NCBI RefSeq assembly: GCF_009914755.1
Contig: NC_060927.1
Direction: 5' to 3' (one strand)
Length of the DNA stretch: 64,000 nt
Origin: the human T2T-CHM13v2.0 reference genome, Homo sapiens
Under the pieces are notes generated by a model that did not search any database, was not told the DNA's origin, and saw nothing but the letters and a program-made list of their open reading frames with translations. Positions 33,646-57,016 of this stretch are shown piece after piece (position 1 is the stretch's first letter; every line of letters begins with the position of its first letter). Both the position numbers and the translations under genes were made by a program.

Positions 33646-36579
33646 AGTAGGAAAGTTGAAGAAACCTGGATTCAGGTGTCCTCAATCCCTGCCATGTAGG
33701 TGAGATCATCTCCCTCCATAAACTGTGTTTCCAAATGTGAAGGCTGCTGAGAGCTTATGAAATCTAAGAATGAGGCTCCATCTGCCTCACTAGCATCTGA
33801 TCGCCTGGGGGCACCCTGCCTCCCAGGAGGAGGTTAATGAATATGCAATATCTCCCTCCTACAGAGTTAGAACACCTGACAGAGCTGCCTCTAACATGGG
33901 AAGCCAAAGAGACACTGTGGGCACAGAGTTGGCCCTCAATAAATATTTGTTATGTGAATGAATGCATGAATGAATGAACCAACACATTTCCTACTCCATG
34001 ATTTTGGATAGTTGCACATGTTCAGAACATTAAAATTTCTCTTGAGCAGTACAATTTCCTGAAGGCTGACATTCATTTCAACTGATTCCATTTCCAAACC
34101 TGCTTCCTTCTTCTCTAAAACATGAGAATTATGTGTTCCCTGGAATTTCTGAGATGTGGATTTTACTAGGCAATGTCTGGATCTTCTGTTTTGAGTTGTC
34201 AGAGGAGCTTGTAGGGATCCACTCAAGCTAAATGTTGACTTCCTCCAGTTTAAAAAAAATAGCATCACTAATAGGTTGGTTTTTTTTTTCTCTAAAAGGA
34301 AAATATTCATTCATGGAAGTCCTTCGTGTGTATTTGTTTCCAACTGCCATAATGTCACATCATTTCAGATGCCAGGCAAGCCATGAGAGAACTCAAGAAT
34401 CCAGATATTTCAGACCAAGAAAACAAAACAACCTCCCCTCACCTCCACTTCCAGCCCTCAGTTTTTGTAGTTGCTTCTCATGTCTGCTCTGCATTTCAGA
34501 TCATTTCCAGAGAAGATGGTGACATTGGAAGGAGAAGATCAGATCAGCCATCAACCACCCACAAAATCAGGATTTTTTTTTTTTAGAGACAGCATTATCT
34601 CACTTTGTTGCCCAAGCTGGTCTTGAACTCCTGGCCTTAAGCCATCCTCCTGCCTTGGCCTTCCTAAGTGTTCAGATTATAGGCATGAGCTATCATGCCC
34701 AGCCAGGAAGTCTTTTATCATAGTCATTGTATGTGGTGATGTGCTGAGACTAGACAAACCAAATGACAAAGAGCTAGTGGCTGCTGCCACATAGGCACAA
34801 AGGCCCCCTCTCGTGAGAGAGTCCCCTCCCTGTGACAACTTGCAACCTTGACCCTCCCCTGAGCTTCTTGCTGAAAGAAGCCTATTCTGCTGGTCAGACA
34901 CACAGAAATGATTTTCGAGCAAAATGATTACATCACTTCTAATTATGATTCTTATTTTCTGGCCTCAACATGAGGAAGTGATGTGCTTGCTTTTATCCTC
35001 ACCTTCAGATGCCAGCTCTCCAAGTAGCCTTCACCTTCTGAAGGGCAAAGCTGCCTCTGGTCTGCTACCCTTGGAAATCTCTCTGAACTTGTCTCTTTCC
35101 AGACACGGTATTCTGCAGAGCGTTCTCTAAAGCCCTGACTCTATAACACAAGAAAAGAGCAGGTGTGCAAGGGAGCTGAGACAACTATCCCCTTCCTTCT
35201 CCAAGCGGGGCGGCTTTTGATGAATATATTTGGGTCACTACCTCTGCCTCTTTTCTATTCTCCTAAGAACACCGAGTTTCCCAATGTTCTGGGCAAGGAA
35301 ACAGGGCACCACTTTTGGTCTCAATCCCACCCTGCCTTCCAGATTATTCCACTAACATCTGTCTGGAAACAACCCAGGGCCCCCATATCACTTATGTTTG
35401 ACATGAGAGCCTCCAACTTCTCAGCCAGCATCCTCAAGTGGCCAGTGGGGCTCTTCCTGCCAGAGCACTAAAATTACAAGGTTGCATTTGTGTCCAATCC
35501 TTGGTTAAACATAATCAAATTGGTGCTAAAGCTTGTCTGTCCTTTTCTGACCACATGGTTATGGTCACGGGTGATTTGTGCCTCTGTGAGGTCTATCTTA
35601 GCCCATGCCAGGGTCCCCACGCTGACCTGGCCAGGGCCCAGATCCCTTTCTAATTACAGAGCAGCTAGCCTGGGTTCTTCTGTGTCTGAATCTTGTCCCA
35701 GCCCTTCTTGATGCATTTGATATTTCATACTCAGTGTTTGGTTCTGGGTATCATATTTAAGAAGGACATTGACAGATTTAGGAGAACACCCAGCTGGTGA
35801 GGAATCTGGAAACCATCTTATACCAAGAATGGTCAGAGAAACTGAGGACACAGGCTAGAGAAGAGAGAACTGGTGAGTGGACATGGCTAGACATGGTTGT
35901 TGTAGAAGCTCCAACTCTGGATTAGGGCAGAACAAGGACTGGTGAGATACATGTGTTGTTTTCAACTCAACAGAAGGGATACCTTTCTTTTACTAACCCA
36001 GCTACACTAAAGTAGTGCAGACTGTTCTAGGAAAATGGTAAGTGCCTCTTTACCTAAATTGTTCTAGCAGAGATTATCTGGCCCTCCAGCAGAGATGTTC
36101 CAGAAGGAATTCTTTTGTTGGTTAGGAGGCTGGCCTTCCAACTGCATAATTGCCTATTTCTATGAAGAAGACACAGAGAGGGTCTGGAATTTTTTGGTGA
36201 CTATGATCCTGTTAAGCCTCGCTGCTTGCTTGGCTCTAGACATCAGTCAGCTTTCAACTATTATTATTATTATCCTTTGAAATTCTGACATGCTCTCCAG
36301 GAATTTAAAATATTCCCTTCTGCAGGGTGACATAGCCTGCCAGCTTTCAATTTCAAACTTCAAAGCTGCTTTGGACATGAAGGTTTGCTTTGACAATTTT
36401 AAAGATTTCTAGCCATAGGAAAAATGACTTGCACTTTGGAAATTTGTTTTTGAAATGTAGACCTATTGACCAATTTACTGGTTAGATTGAGAGTCCTCTC
36501 AACATGGACAAGCGCCTGTTTAACTTACCTTTGTTCTCTGAAATAAAAAGGCCTGCCTACAATCTAGAGCTGTCTGGAG

Positions 36580-37075
<496 letters not shown>

Positions 37076-39475
37076 GAGGAATTAAGAGTCGCAATAGTCA
37101 AATATGCCCCATGTTCCTCTCAGAAACTATTTCAGATCAAGCCAGTTTACTTGGTTTCTAGAGGATTCATAGTAATATCATATTCCAAAAGATCGTTCCG
37201 GAACAAACGGATGAATTCTTGATAACCTGTTGTTTTGATCCTCAGTGAACCTTGTGTCTCAGGTCTACTGGACCCAACTCTCACAGTGGGATGAGAGTGG
37301 GGTGGAGTTTGAGGGATGTTTTTACATCTCTAATGACAAAAGTAGGATTTTCTGCTCAAGCTAAAATCAACTGCAGGTGTTTTGAGTTTCCCTTGGATGC
37401 CCCTTGCCAAGACACAGTTTCCTTCTGCCTAGACAAAAACATCTTTCTCTGAAGCTTTCAAAGTCTCAGCCAAGAGGCAGCACTCCATTAGGGAGGCTTT
37501 TTGATATGCTGATTGCAGCTGCTTATATTCCAGAAGAGCTGTCAACCGGGAAAATCACACCCACATGACTATTGAAATATAACTGCCCGCAGGAACCCAT
37601 GAGCCAGCAGATTCACCATTTTGCATGCTGCTAGACCCTTGTCACCCCCAACAAAAAAAAACCCATGAAGACAGAGGCCTCATGGATCTTGTTCATCTTT
37701 CTAATTTCAAAGCTCAGAAAAATGCCTGACACAAAGTGGATGCTCGATAAATGTATTCATTGGATGAATAAATGAGTAAATGAATGAAATGATACTCAGG
37801 GCCCAGATAGAACTCCAGTGACTATCAAGATCACTTAACAACTAACTAAAAGATTTATGTCCACATTCTGGTTTCCCCAGAGCTTCGAAGAAGAACTCAG
37901 ATACCAGCGGAAGGCCTTGCAGACATCTTCACACATTGACCCTGGGAGGAACAAGGTGGCCAGAACAAAGACAAGTCAATCTATAAGAAGCCTTGGATCT
38001 CCTTCTAAGTTAGCAGCCTCTCTCATTGGCAGAGTCCTCTAACCTCCACTCCCTTCAGCCTGAGCATCATCAAAGTCCCCTTCTGCAGAGCTGCCTCCCA
38101 GAACCCAGGAATTCGCTGCTACTAACCATATTAATGTCCCTACTAACCAACTTCCCTCCAGGGAGAGCCCCTCTCTAATACATTTATTTTGCCCAGATTT
38201 CAAGGCCAAGCCCCATCTCCTTGCACAATTCCAGTTTTACCGGTCATATAGCACCCTGCTCTGCCCAGCTGGGTAAGGCATCATCAAGCCCCTCTTATCC
38301 TCAAAGAAGGCAGCTCGGCAAAAACATTCTATTGGTAACTCAAAAAATTAGAACGAGGCTTGTCCAGCCTTAGCAGTATTAGCAATCATCTGCTGGAGAA
38401 GCATACAAATTTGAGTTTAAAAAAAGCCAAGCAGCTGCATTCTCCCAATCCCCAGGGCCCTAGAACACACCCCATGAAGAGTAGAAATCCTTTCTAGAAT
38501 ATAGAATGTGGGCTTTCATGACAAGATTCTGCCTTGGTCCTCTTTCTCCTCAGCTGTCACATCACCCGCCTAGAGGGGCCTGGTTACAAAAGGGGAAGCT
38601 ACACCCAGTGAATTGTAGCTCCCCCTGTAGCCTGGCACTAACTGTGTGACTGGGCAGAGCTGAGCAGTTCTCCCTGAGTCTCTGACTGGTACAATAAGGA
38701 ATTTTTACTTTGAGGCTAAGTCAGCTTTCTGATGAAAGGAATTCACTACGGCTCAGTATAAGTATTGCCTGTGTCAGTGTGCACATGGAAAGATGAGATG
38801 CTAGGACCCAATAGTTAATGTGTTCAGTCTCTTATATTTATCACAATCTCTGCCCGAGATTCAAAATGAGGAATTAAATGCCGGAGACCTGAATGCTAGC
38901 CTCGTGGGTGGCTCTAGAAAAGTCCCATCCATGCATTAATTCAACTAGGAAGATTGTTTCCCTATGGATCACTCCTCTAGGGATATGCATCTTGATTGAA
39001 GAGGGAAATATTCAATCAGCTTGATTTCCAACAATAACCTGTGATTGTTAACTGCAAGTTAATGTTTTAAGAGGAACAGCATTCAAATTTCTAATCAAGG
39101 GGCCATTGTTATTGGTATGATTATTCCCTCCCTGCTTATCCCTAGCTCTGAAATCCACATCCTACATGGGGTGGAAAGTGATCACTTATTTAGGAAACTT
39201 CAATGTGTTCCACATTATCACAACCCCTGGGAAGTTCAATCCAATGGGATGATAGATTAGGGACTGAGAGGCAAGGCTGAGAGACAGACAGTACATTTAA
39301 AGTAGCATCTGGTTAGCAGCCGCCTGAGGCAGCTTTTCTCAACTTCCCCCTAGCAGACGCAGAGTATTGAAAACTCTAAGTCATTCAAATACTTAAAACA
39401 TATTCATCTGACAAGTGCTGAGTAAACAGTTACTGCTTGCAAGGAACTTATGGTCCAGTCAGTAGACCAAATTCT

Positions 39476-40145
<670 letters not shown>

Positions 40146-40225
40146 CATCACTGCTGCGATTCAGTGGGTATCTTAAATGTTTAGTAGCTACCCATTTGCA
40201 TTTAGGCTTTCTTCTTGTTCCTTCC

Positions 40226-40590
40226 TGTATTCGTCTATTCTCACGCTGCTAATAAAGACATACCTGAAACTGGGTAATTTATAAAGAAATAGAGGTTTAA
40301 TAGACTCACAGTTCTACATGGCTGGGGAGGCCTCACAATCATTGAGGAAGGTGAAGGAGGAGCAAAGGCATGTCTTACATGGCAGCAGGCAAGACAGTGT
40401 GTGCTCATGAACTATCCTTTATAAAACCATCAGATCTTGTGAGACTTATTCACTATCACAAGAACAGCATGGGAAAAACCTGCCCCCATGATTCAGTGAC
40501 TTCCCACTGGGTCCCTCCCTCGACACGTGGGGATTACAGGAGCTACAATTCAAGATGAGATTTAGGTGGGGACACAGACAAACCATATCA
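40226..40590 (-). mobile_element. THE1 (ERVL-MaLR) solo LTR
   Basis: TGTATT...AACCATATCA termini; perfect 5-bp TSD CTTCC at 40221-40225 and 40591-40595. Confidence 0.93.
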
Positions 40591-40826
40591 CTTCCTTCAT
40601 CAATTTACCCATTCAATAAATATTTTGGGGCTCTCTCTACATGCCAAGCACTATTTTGGGTAGTGGGAATACAGCAGTGAACAAAACAAATTTCCTATTC
40701 TTAAGGACTTTACACTACAGTAGAGAAAAAAGATAATAAATAAATAAGAAATGTAGAGTATAGCAGAGGATAAGTGTTACAGAAAAAAATAAGGCAAGGT
40801 AAATGGGAGGGGAAGGGCTGAGAACT

Positions 40827-40848
40827 GTGTGTGTGTGTGTGTGTGTGT
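40827..40848. repeat. (TG)n microsatellite within an L2 fragment
   Basis: Directly visible. Confidence 0.9.
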
Positions 40849-41229
40849 AGGTGTAAGTGTAGTTGTGGGCGATGGGAGGTTATAAGGTGACGTTTGAGCA
40901 GAGGAGTGAAGAAAATAGAGGTATTGGGGTGGGAGTGTTCTTGGCATGTTCAAGGAACAGCAGTAAAGTCAGTGGAGCTGAGGAAAGTCAGTGAAGCAGA
41001 GAATAGCAAGGCACATGGTGACAGGGGTAGTTTGTTGAGGGCAATGGGGTTCACTGCACAATAAGTTGAAGGGCTTTGTAAATCATTTTAAGACTTTGAA
41101 TTTTACTTTAAGATAGAGTAAAAATCTACATGGGCAGATTTGGAGAAGAGGAGCAACATAATCTGATGTAAGATCACATTTGTTGCTAGGTTTTTTTTTT
41201 TTTTTGGTTGTGGGAGGGTGGTTTTGGTG

Positions 41230-42525
<1,296 letters not shown>

Positions 42526-42869
42526 TACTAATGAAAACAGAAAAAATGGTGCCAGGAAAACAAGTGGAGAAAGTATTCCAAGGTATTGCATCTTCCTTTA
42601 GTTTATCTAAGTGTTATTCAAATGCTAATGTATGTAAGAATCACTCTACAAGGTAAATACATAATATCTTAATTACTTCTTTCATGGGAAATATAAAGGA
42701 TTTTCAAGGCAATTGAAGCGCTGAATGAAGAACGAAACTGTGGTCAAATGGGAACCGAACCCACTGAGGACATGGAATGTAAGCAGGATTCCATAGTACT
42801 AAAGGGACAGAAGCAGTGTTTCATCGGGAGTCAGGTGTTAAGGGTTTACTGTATTTTTTTTTATAAATT

Positions 42870-44615
42870 CAATTTTTAAAACTTTTTATTATAGAGAACA
42901 TCAGGGATACAAAATGAGCAGAATAGTATAATGATCCTCTATGCTGCCATCACCCCATTCAACAATTATCAACTCATGGCCAATCTGATTTCTTTTAAAT
43001 CCAGTTAGTACTCCTCATTCAATTTGAAACATACTGCAAACATTGTACCATTTATTTCATCTGTAAATAGTTTTGCAGTTATCTTTAAAATTTTTTTTAC
43101 ATTATACAATACCTTTATCACCCTAATAGTTAACATAATTTCTTTTTTTTTCTATTTTATTTTATTTTTTATAGAGACAGGGTCTTGCCATGTTGCCCAG
43201 GCTGGTCTCAAACTTCTCAGCTCAGGCGATCCACCGGCCTCAGCCTCCCGAAGTGCTGAGGTTACAGGTGTGAGCCACTGCACCCAGCCACATTTCTTAA
43301 TATTATTAAAAACAAACAAACAAACAAACAAACAAACAAAAAACCACGAGCTAGCACTAGGTTAATTTTTTAAAAAAAGAAAAAAAATCCAGTCAGTGCT
43401 CAAATTTTTCACTCATTTAATAACTATACTTTTTAATCACTTGAATCAGAATCTAAATAAGTTTCATACATTGAGAATCTTTTTTTTTTTAAAGAGTCTC
43501 GCTCTGTTGCCCAGGCTGGAGTGTGCTGCACGATCTCCGCTCACTGCAGCCCCAATATCCCAGGCTCAGGAGATCCTCTGACCTCGGACTCCTGGGTAGC
43601 TGGGACCACAAGTGTGCATCACCACACCTGGCTAATTTTTTGTATTTTTGTAGAGATGGAGTTTCACCATATTGCCCAGGCTGGTCTCGAACTCCTGGGC
43701 TCAAGTGATCTGACTGCCTTGGCCTTCCAAAGTGCTGGGATTACAGGTGCGAGCCACTGTGCCTGAGAATCTTTTAAGTCTCTATACATTCCCCTTCTAC
43801 CATTTCTCTCATATATATAGAGAGAGTTCTTTTTTCTCCTGGCAAATTATTTGTTAAAGAGAGCAAGTTGTTTGTCCTGTAGAGTTTCCCACAGTCTGGA
43901 TTTTGATGACTGCATACTCATATTGCTAGTGGTGAAATGTTTAACGTGTTCCTCTACCTCTGAATTTCCTGTAAAATGGGAGTGGAATCTAGGGGCTTGA
44001 TCAGGTTTGTCAGATATTTTTGGCAAGACTACTTTATAGGTGCTGCTGTTTTCTTCCACCAGGAGTCCCTTAATGTCTAGTTATGTCTCTTTTTCGTGAT
44101 GATGGTAGCTGTTCATGATCAAAGCCTAGATTCATTATACATTAGGGGTTGCAAAACGGTTCTAACGCTATCCTTCCTTCTTCATTTATCACCTGTAATA
44201 CTTCTATAAGGAGAAATTTCCCCACAATCTGTATATGGCTTCTCAGTGATAAAGTTCTCATAGGAAAGGCAATGTAAACACTTGCTTTCTTACCTTTATC
44301 TATCAATTTTCAAAATAATGAGTTGGCCTCTAACATGTTCTCACAGAACCTGACTAGGGCTTTTGTTTTGGGAAGGGAATAATGATGAATGCATAGACTT
44401 AATTATTTTATGTTTCAATCCATTGCAATTATCTCACTGACACTCAAATTATCTGTCATTGGCCAGTGGAAGCCCTTCAAGTTGGTTCCTGCGTCATTTT
44501 GATGAATAATCCTCACTATCTGGTATTCAAAGACATTCAGGTTTATCTTGTGTGTTTCCTACCCAGACCTGGAATCAGCCATTTCCCCTAGAAGCCCTGA
44601 TTCCTTTTAATGGAA
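42870..44615 (-). mobile_element. Old L1M 3' region interrupted by minus Alus (~43140-43290, ~43480-43765)
   Basis: CAACAATTATCAACTCATGGCCAATCTG, TTGTCCTGTAGAGTTTCCCACAGTCTGGATTTTG and CAGACCTGGAATCAGCCATTTC are L1M-type 3' motifs. Confidence 0.7.
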
Positions 44616-45410
44616 AAGGAGTTGAAGTCGTTATGCACGATATGGGGTCACAGAATCAAAGAGCCAGGCAGTAGGTGTCAAAGGAGATGCCACCTCTGCG
44701 AGCAAAGCTGTATTAGAGTCCTCTAGAACTCAGAGTTTGACTGGGAACCATTTACACCAACCTCCTCTCAAGCTGTCGATCTAAGAAAAGGATGCTATTA
44801 TCTCCCAAGCAGAGAGTGAGGGGCCAAGCTGGACAATTTTGTTTCATTCATGCCAAGTAAGTAAAAAGAGAAAAAAAATTGAGCCCACGACAAAATGCTA
44901 CTGAATAGGAGAAAGGACAAATCCCTTCCTCCTTGAAGAGCAAGAGGAAGGGGATAATTCCTGAAAATGCAGACTACTGCAGGATACAAGAAAATGTTGG
45001 AAAATTGTTTGACATCTTCAACAGAATGGAAGAAGAGATGTCTTTCATAAAACATGAGCAGTCAGCCATATGAAGAAAACAAGCAGAGAAGAAAAAGAAC
45101 AAAATAAATCGAACAGTAGTAGATGGATAAGATGAAGAATTCTAAGGGAAATTCAAAACACAAGAGCAAAAATAGAGCGAAATTATACATATACATTTTT
45201 ATATACAATACTGTTGTTTTCTCCCAGCAATAGATGAGAAACGTCTTTCTACACGTCATTAACTATCTGTTTTCATGATATTGCTATGACTGGACTGCAT
45301 GGATAATTCAACATATGAAGGATCACTCTTCACTTACCATATACACCCTCTTGTTAGAAAGTTAAGCATTTTCCAGACTTTTTTCTTTTTTGCCATTATG
45401 AGCAATGTGA

Positions 45411-48875
<3,465 letters not shown>

Positions 48876-50549
48876 AGCTGTTTCTCTTTAATGCTTGACT
48901 TGTCTTAGAGTCTGTGTTAATAGTTTTTTGCCTTGTTTGTGAATTTTGGTTGTAAATTGGTCATGGTCATTTAAAAGTTGATTGAAAAAATATATATGTT
49001 AAAATGTGTGCCCTGCTTGCTTCCTGGGCTGGCTATTTACAGCCCAGAACAGGACATGACATACAGGAGTGGGAAAGCAGAGTCCATCTGAAGGTGACAG
49101 AAGAAGCAGGCATTTTCCAGCACCAGGACCAAACATATTAAAAGACTAAGAGATTTGCTTCTAAGATGTCTGGCAATGAAGCACAAAGAAACACAGTAAG
49201 TTACATAATTTTTATTGTCCAATATGACAAAGAAATTCTAATTCTTCTGCGGGAGTAGTTTTATCTGGGATCTAAAAGTCAAGCAGGAATTTATTCTGTG
49301 TATCCTCCTGGAAAGGGTATTGAGGGACGCTAAAGACTCTCTTTAAACAATTGATAAAGAAATCCCATTAAACCCATTCGTGTGGATGGCCTCTATGAAC
49401 TTGCCATCCAAGCTCACAGTGAGGCATCAGCTCCTAACCAGGGGAAGGCGTTTATGCCTCGCAGCTGAACGGGGGTTCGGGTGCGGTCTTCTGGTTCATC
49501 TGCAGAGCTCTGCCTCCAGCAAGGCCCTTCACATCCCGTGCTTCTCCAGCTTTGCACAAAAGCACCCTCACGTGAACACCAGCTGGGGGCGGGTGAGAAG
49601 AGGTTGTAGCCCAAAAAGGCCAGCTGTAAGCTAAAAATTTCTTTGAAAATTTGCAATTTATATTTAAAATTCATGTGAATTTTACAGTCTGTTTCATAAT
49701 GTGTTTATAGATAAAAATGTGTTTTCCCCCTTAAAACTTCTAAAAAATTGGTGCTCCGGGTGGATGGGCTGTATTTACCCTATTTGAGTATCTCTCGGCA
49801 AGCTACCCTGGACCTCCCCACCTAATCCCCACCCTTCACAGACATACCATGATTTTAATTTGATGTTGAGCCAGACTCTCCAAGTCTAGATGAGTAAATT
49901 GCTTCTTTCCAATGTTATACGTCCTGGAATAGAAAGAACATCATATATTCTTCTAACATATAGAGAAGAGGGTCTACGTAAGCTTTGGTTGACAGGTGTT
50001 TTTGAAATTGCCTTGCGAACATTTGTGAGTAGGACTTCCTGTACAGACAGGGGTGACCACATTAGGCAAGAGCTAAAGGATCTTTTAAGCTCTAGGGCTC
50101 ATGATTGGTCATGACCTACCTAAAGTCCCAGGGAGAGCATGTCTGGGTGGCAGGCACTTGGCAGGGCTGACCTCACTACAATCACAGGGCTCTAAATGAG
50201 AGGTTTGAAACCCCCCATTTGCCACAAGTTCCCTGAGAGAGCAAGCATCTCTAGGAACTTCTGCACATTGAATCATTTATCCTGGAAACTCAGTCCCTAT
50301 TCAGTTGGCCCTTTCTCTGGCTAGGACTTTTGGCTTTCAAAAGTCCAGGGTGGGTTAAGGCAGCTCTAAATGGCAGAGGGCTGGTGTGCAACTCCTCTGG
50401 CTAGATTTAGGGCTGGGCCAGGCTGTCCATAGGTGTTTAAGGTTGGATGGAAGGCACAAGATCATTTGGGGAAAGATGTATTCTCCTGAAATTGGAGGTC
50501 ACATCCTTCATGAGCAAGACTTGTAGAGTGCTGTCCGTGGGTGTGATGA

Positions 50550-51015
<466 letters not shown>

Positions 51016-51335
51016 GAACCCCCATCCAGAAATCCTTGGGGGTGGGAACAGGGGCAGCCCAACCTGTGGGACTTCCCTGAAGTGACGTCATTCCCGGACT
51101 AATACCCTGGTAAGAGGAGATCCTTCACCTAAGGACCTGGATCATTAAATGAGGCCCTCAGCAAGTTGCAGTGGGGAATCCACTTCCTTCTACTGGCCTC
51201 ATTGTCCCAACTTTCGACTGCCTTAGTAGAGGGAGTCAAGGTGGTGTCAGCCTGTGGATTTTGGAGGTACAGAAGAGAGAGAGGGACCTCTGGAGAGAGT
51301 CACAAAGCAAGCCCTGCCTTGTGAGCCAGATTTTC

Positions 51336-53640
<2,305 letters not shown>

Positions 53641-53684
53641 TTTGCCCACTTTTTGACCCATGAGAAACATTCACACTACCCTTT

Positions 53685-54074
53685 TGTTAAATCAAGTTTA
53701 CCCTAAAGCTGCCTCCTTACATATTTTAAATTCAGCCTAAAGGTTTCTCTGTACATAGTGAACAATAACCTAAAGGAAGGTGTAAACAGAATGTATTCTA
53801 CTCTTGTGCCAATCACCCAGTTTTGGCCATCAAAGGGGGCCAACTGTTCAAACTGTGTTCAAATAAGGCAAATGCCAAGCTGTAACCAATTGGGCCATTT
53901 CTGTACCTCAGTACAGAATGTCACTTTCCTTTTTTCTGTCCCAAAATCTTCTTCCACCACATCACTGCGATGGAGTCTCTCTGAGTCTAGCTCAAGAGGC
54001 TGCCCGATTCGCAAATTGCTCTTTGCTCAATTAAATCTGCTAAATTTAATTTGGCCAAGGATTTTCCTTTAACA
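53685..54074 (+). mobile_element. 5' LTR (MER57B-like)
   Basis: TGTTAAATCAAGTTTACCCTAAAG...TTTAACA; direct repeat of 62875-63282. Confidence 0.92.
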
Positions 54075-54076
54075 GA

Positions 54077-54094
54077 GGGTGTCAGAAGTGGGAT
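54077..54094 (+). other. Primer-binding site complementary to the tRNA-Leu 3' end
   Basis: GGGTGTCAGAAGTGGGAT, 17/18 to TGGTGTCAGAAGTGGGAT (complement of tRNA-Leu ...ATCCCACTTCTGACACCA), 2 bp after the LTR. Confidence 0.82.
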
Positions 54095-54904
54095 CTGATG
54101 TAGAGCTTCCAGCAACCCCTAGGAGCACTGAGTGACCAAGCGAGGTACCCCCTGGGCCCACTATGTCCATTGCTCTCTCTCACAGCAACTGGGGATCGTG
54201 GTAAGTTCTCCCTCAGATTCAGAAGCTCCATGAACTTGTGTTTTGAGCTCTCTGAGTCTGAGCAAATTTCTGATCCAAACTGGGTTTGGAAGTCATGACA
54301 GAAATTGGACTGGGTCTAGGATTGAATTGGATCTGGTCAATAACTGGCTTGGATCCAGTTAGAGGCCTTTTATAGACGTCTGACTGGGTCAGAAAGAAAC
54401 TGGTAGTAAGTGGCAATATTGCATGTGGTGTAAACTTCAGCTTTTGGAAATTTGTGGGGATTTTTGTGTTCTACCCCCTATGTTTCTTTCTTCTTGCATG
54501 CTTAGGTAAGGAAAAATCATTGACAAAGTTGGTTGAGAGAATCTGAGAGCCAAAGCCAATATTTTAGGTAAAAATTGGATCCTTAATTTTTGAAGAATTG
54601 AGTACCTTCCAGCTTATACATGCATAAGTATTAGGCCCTGAAAGCAACAAAGGCTTAGGAAATGGTGAAATCTTAAGCTAAAGATAAGTTACAGTGGAAC
54701 ATTCCAAATAAACAAGGCTGGGCCAGGAGTGGTGGCTCAGGCCATAATCCCAGCACTTTTGGGAGGATAGCTTGAGTCGAGGAGTTCGAGACCAACCTGG
54801 GCAACATAGTGAGACCCCATCTCTCTAAAAAACAAAAAAGAAGAAACAAATGAACAACACTGCACTGGAAGAAGTGCATTTGAAAATGAGGCCTCCCAAA
54901 GTAG

Positions 54905-55202
<298 letters not shown>

Positions 55203-55737
55203 TGATCTGCCCGCCTTGGCCTCCCAAAGTGCTGGGATTACAAGCATGAGCCACCTCGTCCAGCCGAAAAGCTTCTAAAGAGATTTTAATATTTGTATTT
55301 AAAGACTCTTTATAAAAAGCAAATACAAGCTTAAACAACTAGCTGATAAGAAAAATTAAATCTGCTAATCTGTTAGCTTAGTTACCATCCCACCCCAAAG
55401 GTGAAAAGAAAGCTAATCTAGATAAAATGTTTATAAGAGGCAAGGCTACTTTTTCAGATTTATTCACACTGAGTCCAGATATAGAGCATGCTTTTTTTGC
55501 CTTATACCTTAATGGGCTTCACCCTGAACTCAGTTAATTTTAGCTAATAAACAGTGGCTAAATTAAAAAGAACACTTATTGAACTAAAATCCACCTTTCT
55601 GGGCCGGGCGTGGTGGCTCACACCTGTAATCCCAGCACTTTGGGAGGCCGAGGCGAGTGGATCACATGAGGTTAGGAGTTCAAGACCAGCCTGGCCAACA
55701 TGGTGAAACCCCAACTCTACTAAAAATAAGTAAATTA

Positions 55738-55860
<123 letters not shown>

Positions 55861-56776
55861 TTACAAAGCGAGACTGTCTCAAAAAAATAAATAAAATAAA
55901 ATAAAATAAAATACAGCTTTCTGGAATTTAATTGGCTATCATGAAACCCTTTTGTAAAAAAAAATTACATTTATTAAGGAAATCTCAATTTTTGAGGGTG
56001 TCTGCCTAGGTACATTAGAAACTCTTACCATTGTTTTAAGTTTACATAATAAGTCATACCTTTGTGTAAGGTGCTTTTCTGGCCGTCTTGCCTGGATTGA
56101 ACTTTTACATGAGCACTGTTTTTTCCCTTGGTTTAAGCAAATGATGATATAATATTTAGTCCTAAAATCTTAGCTCTGTGCTTATGAAATATAATTTTTT
56201 TGTTTTACCTAACAGTTGTCTCTTTAGAAATGCAAATTTATTGCCTGGTTAGTAATTCCTTAGGGCAATGAAACAGATAATTGGAAGATTGATAGTCTGA
56301 ATGGGGAAAAGAAAAGCTATTTAAAAGCCAGCAAATAAAAAAAAGACAGCTTTATGACAGCTCTAAGACTGTTTCTATGTGTTTGTGTGTCTAGATGTGT
56401 TATGGACGTGTGATAATATTTGGTAAATATAGTTTTAAAATTGTTGGTAAAATAAAAATGGCTTCAAAATGATCAGTTAAATATTATTAGATGCTTGATT
56501 TGACTGTGAGCTTGTGTTTCTGGTCTAGAGCCTCTACGAGTCTGGATAGCGGGCCATTCTGAGGTCTGGAGGGGTGCTCTTAGTGCCTGGACCAGCAGCT
56601 ACAAGTCAGAAGCAAGACCAGTATGCGCCTTCTTCCTTGCTTCCCCTGATTGCTTACCAGCTATTTTGGGAGAGGTTGGATCCCTTAGGTATAGTAGCCA
56701 AAAGTGATGCCTCATGCCTGTAATCTCAGCATTTTGGGAGACCAAGACAGGCAGATCACTTGAGGTCAGGAGTTCA

Positions 56777-57016
<240 letters not shown>

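Noticed and set aside
38560-38635. CTCF-like motifs (GCCTAGAGGGGC; CTCCCCCTGTAG)
   Set aside because: Only partial matches to the core consensus.
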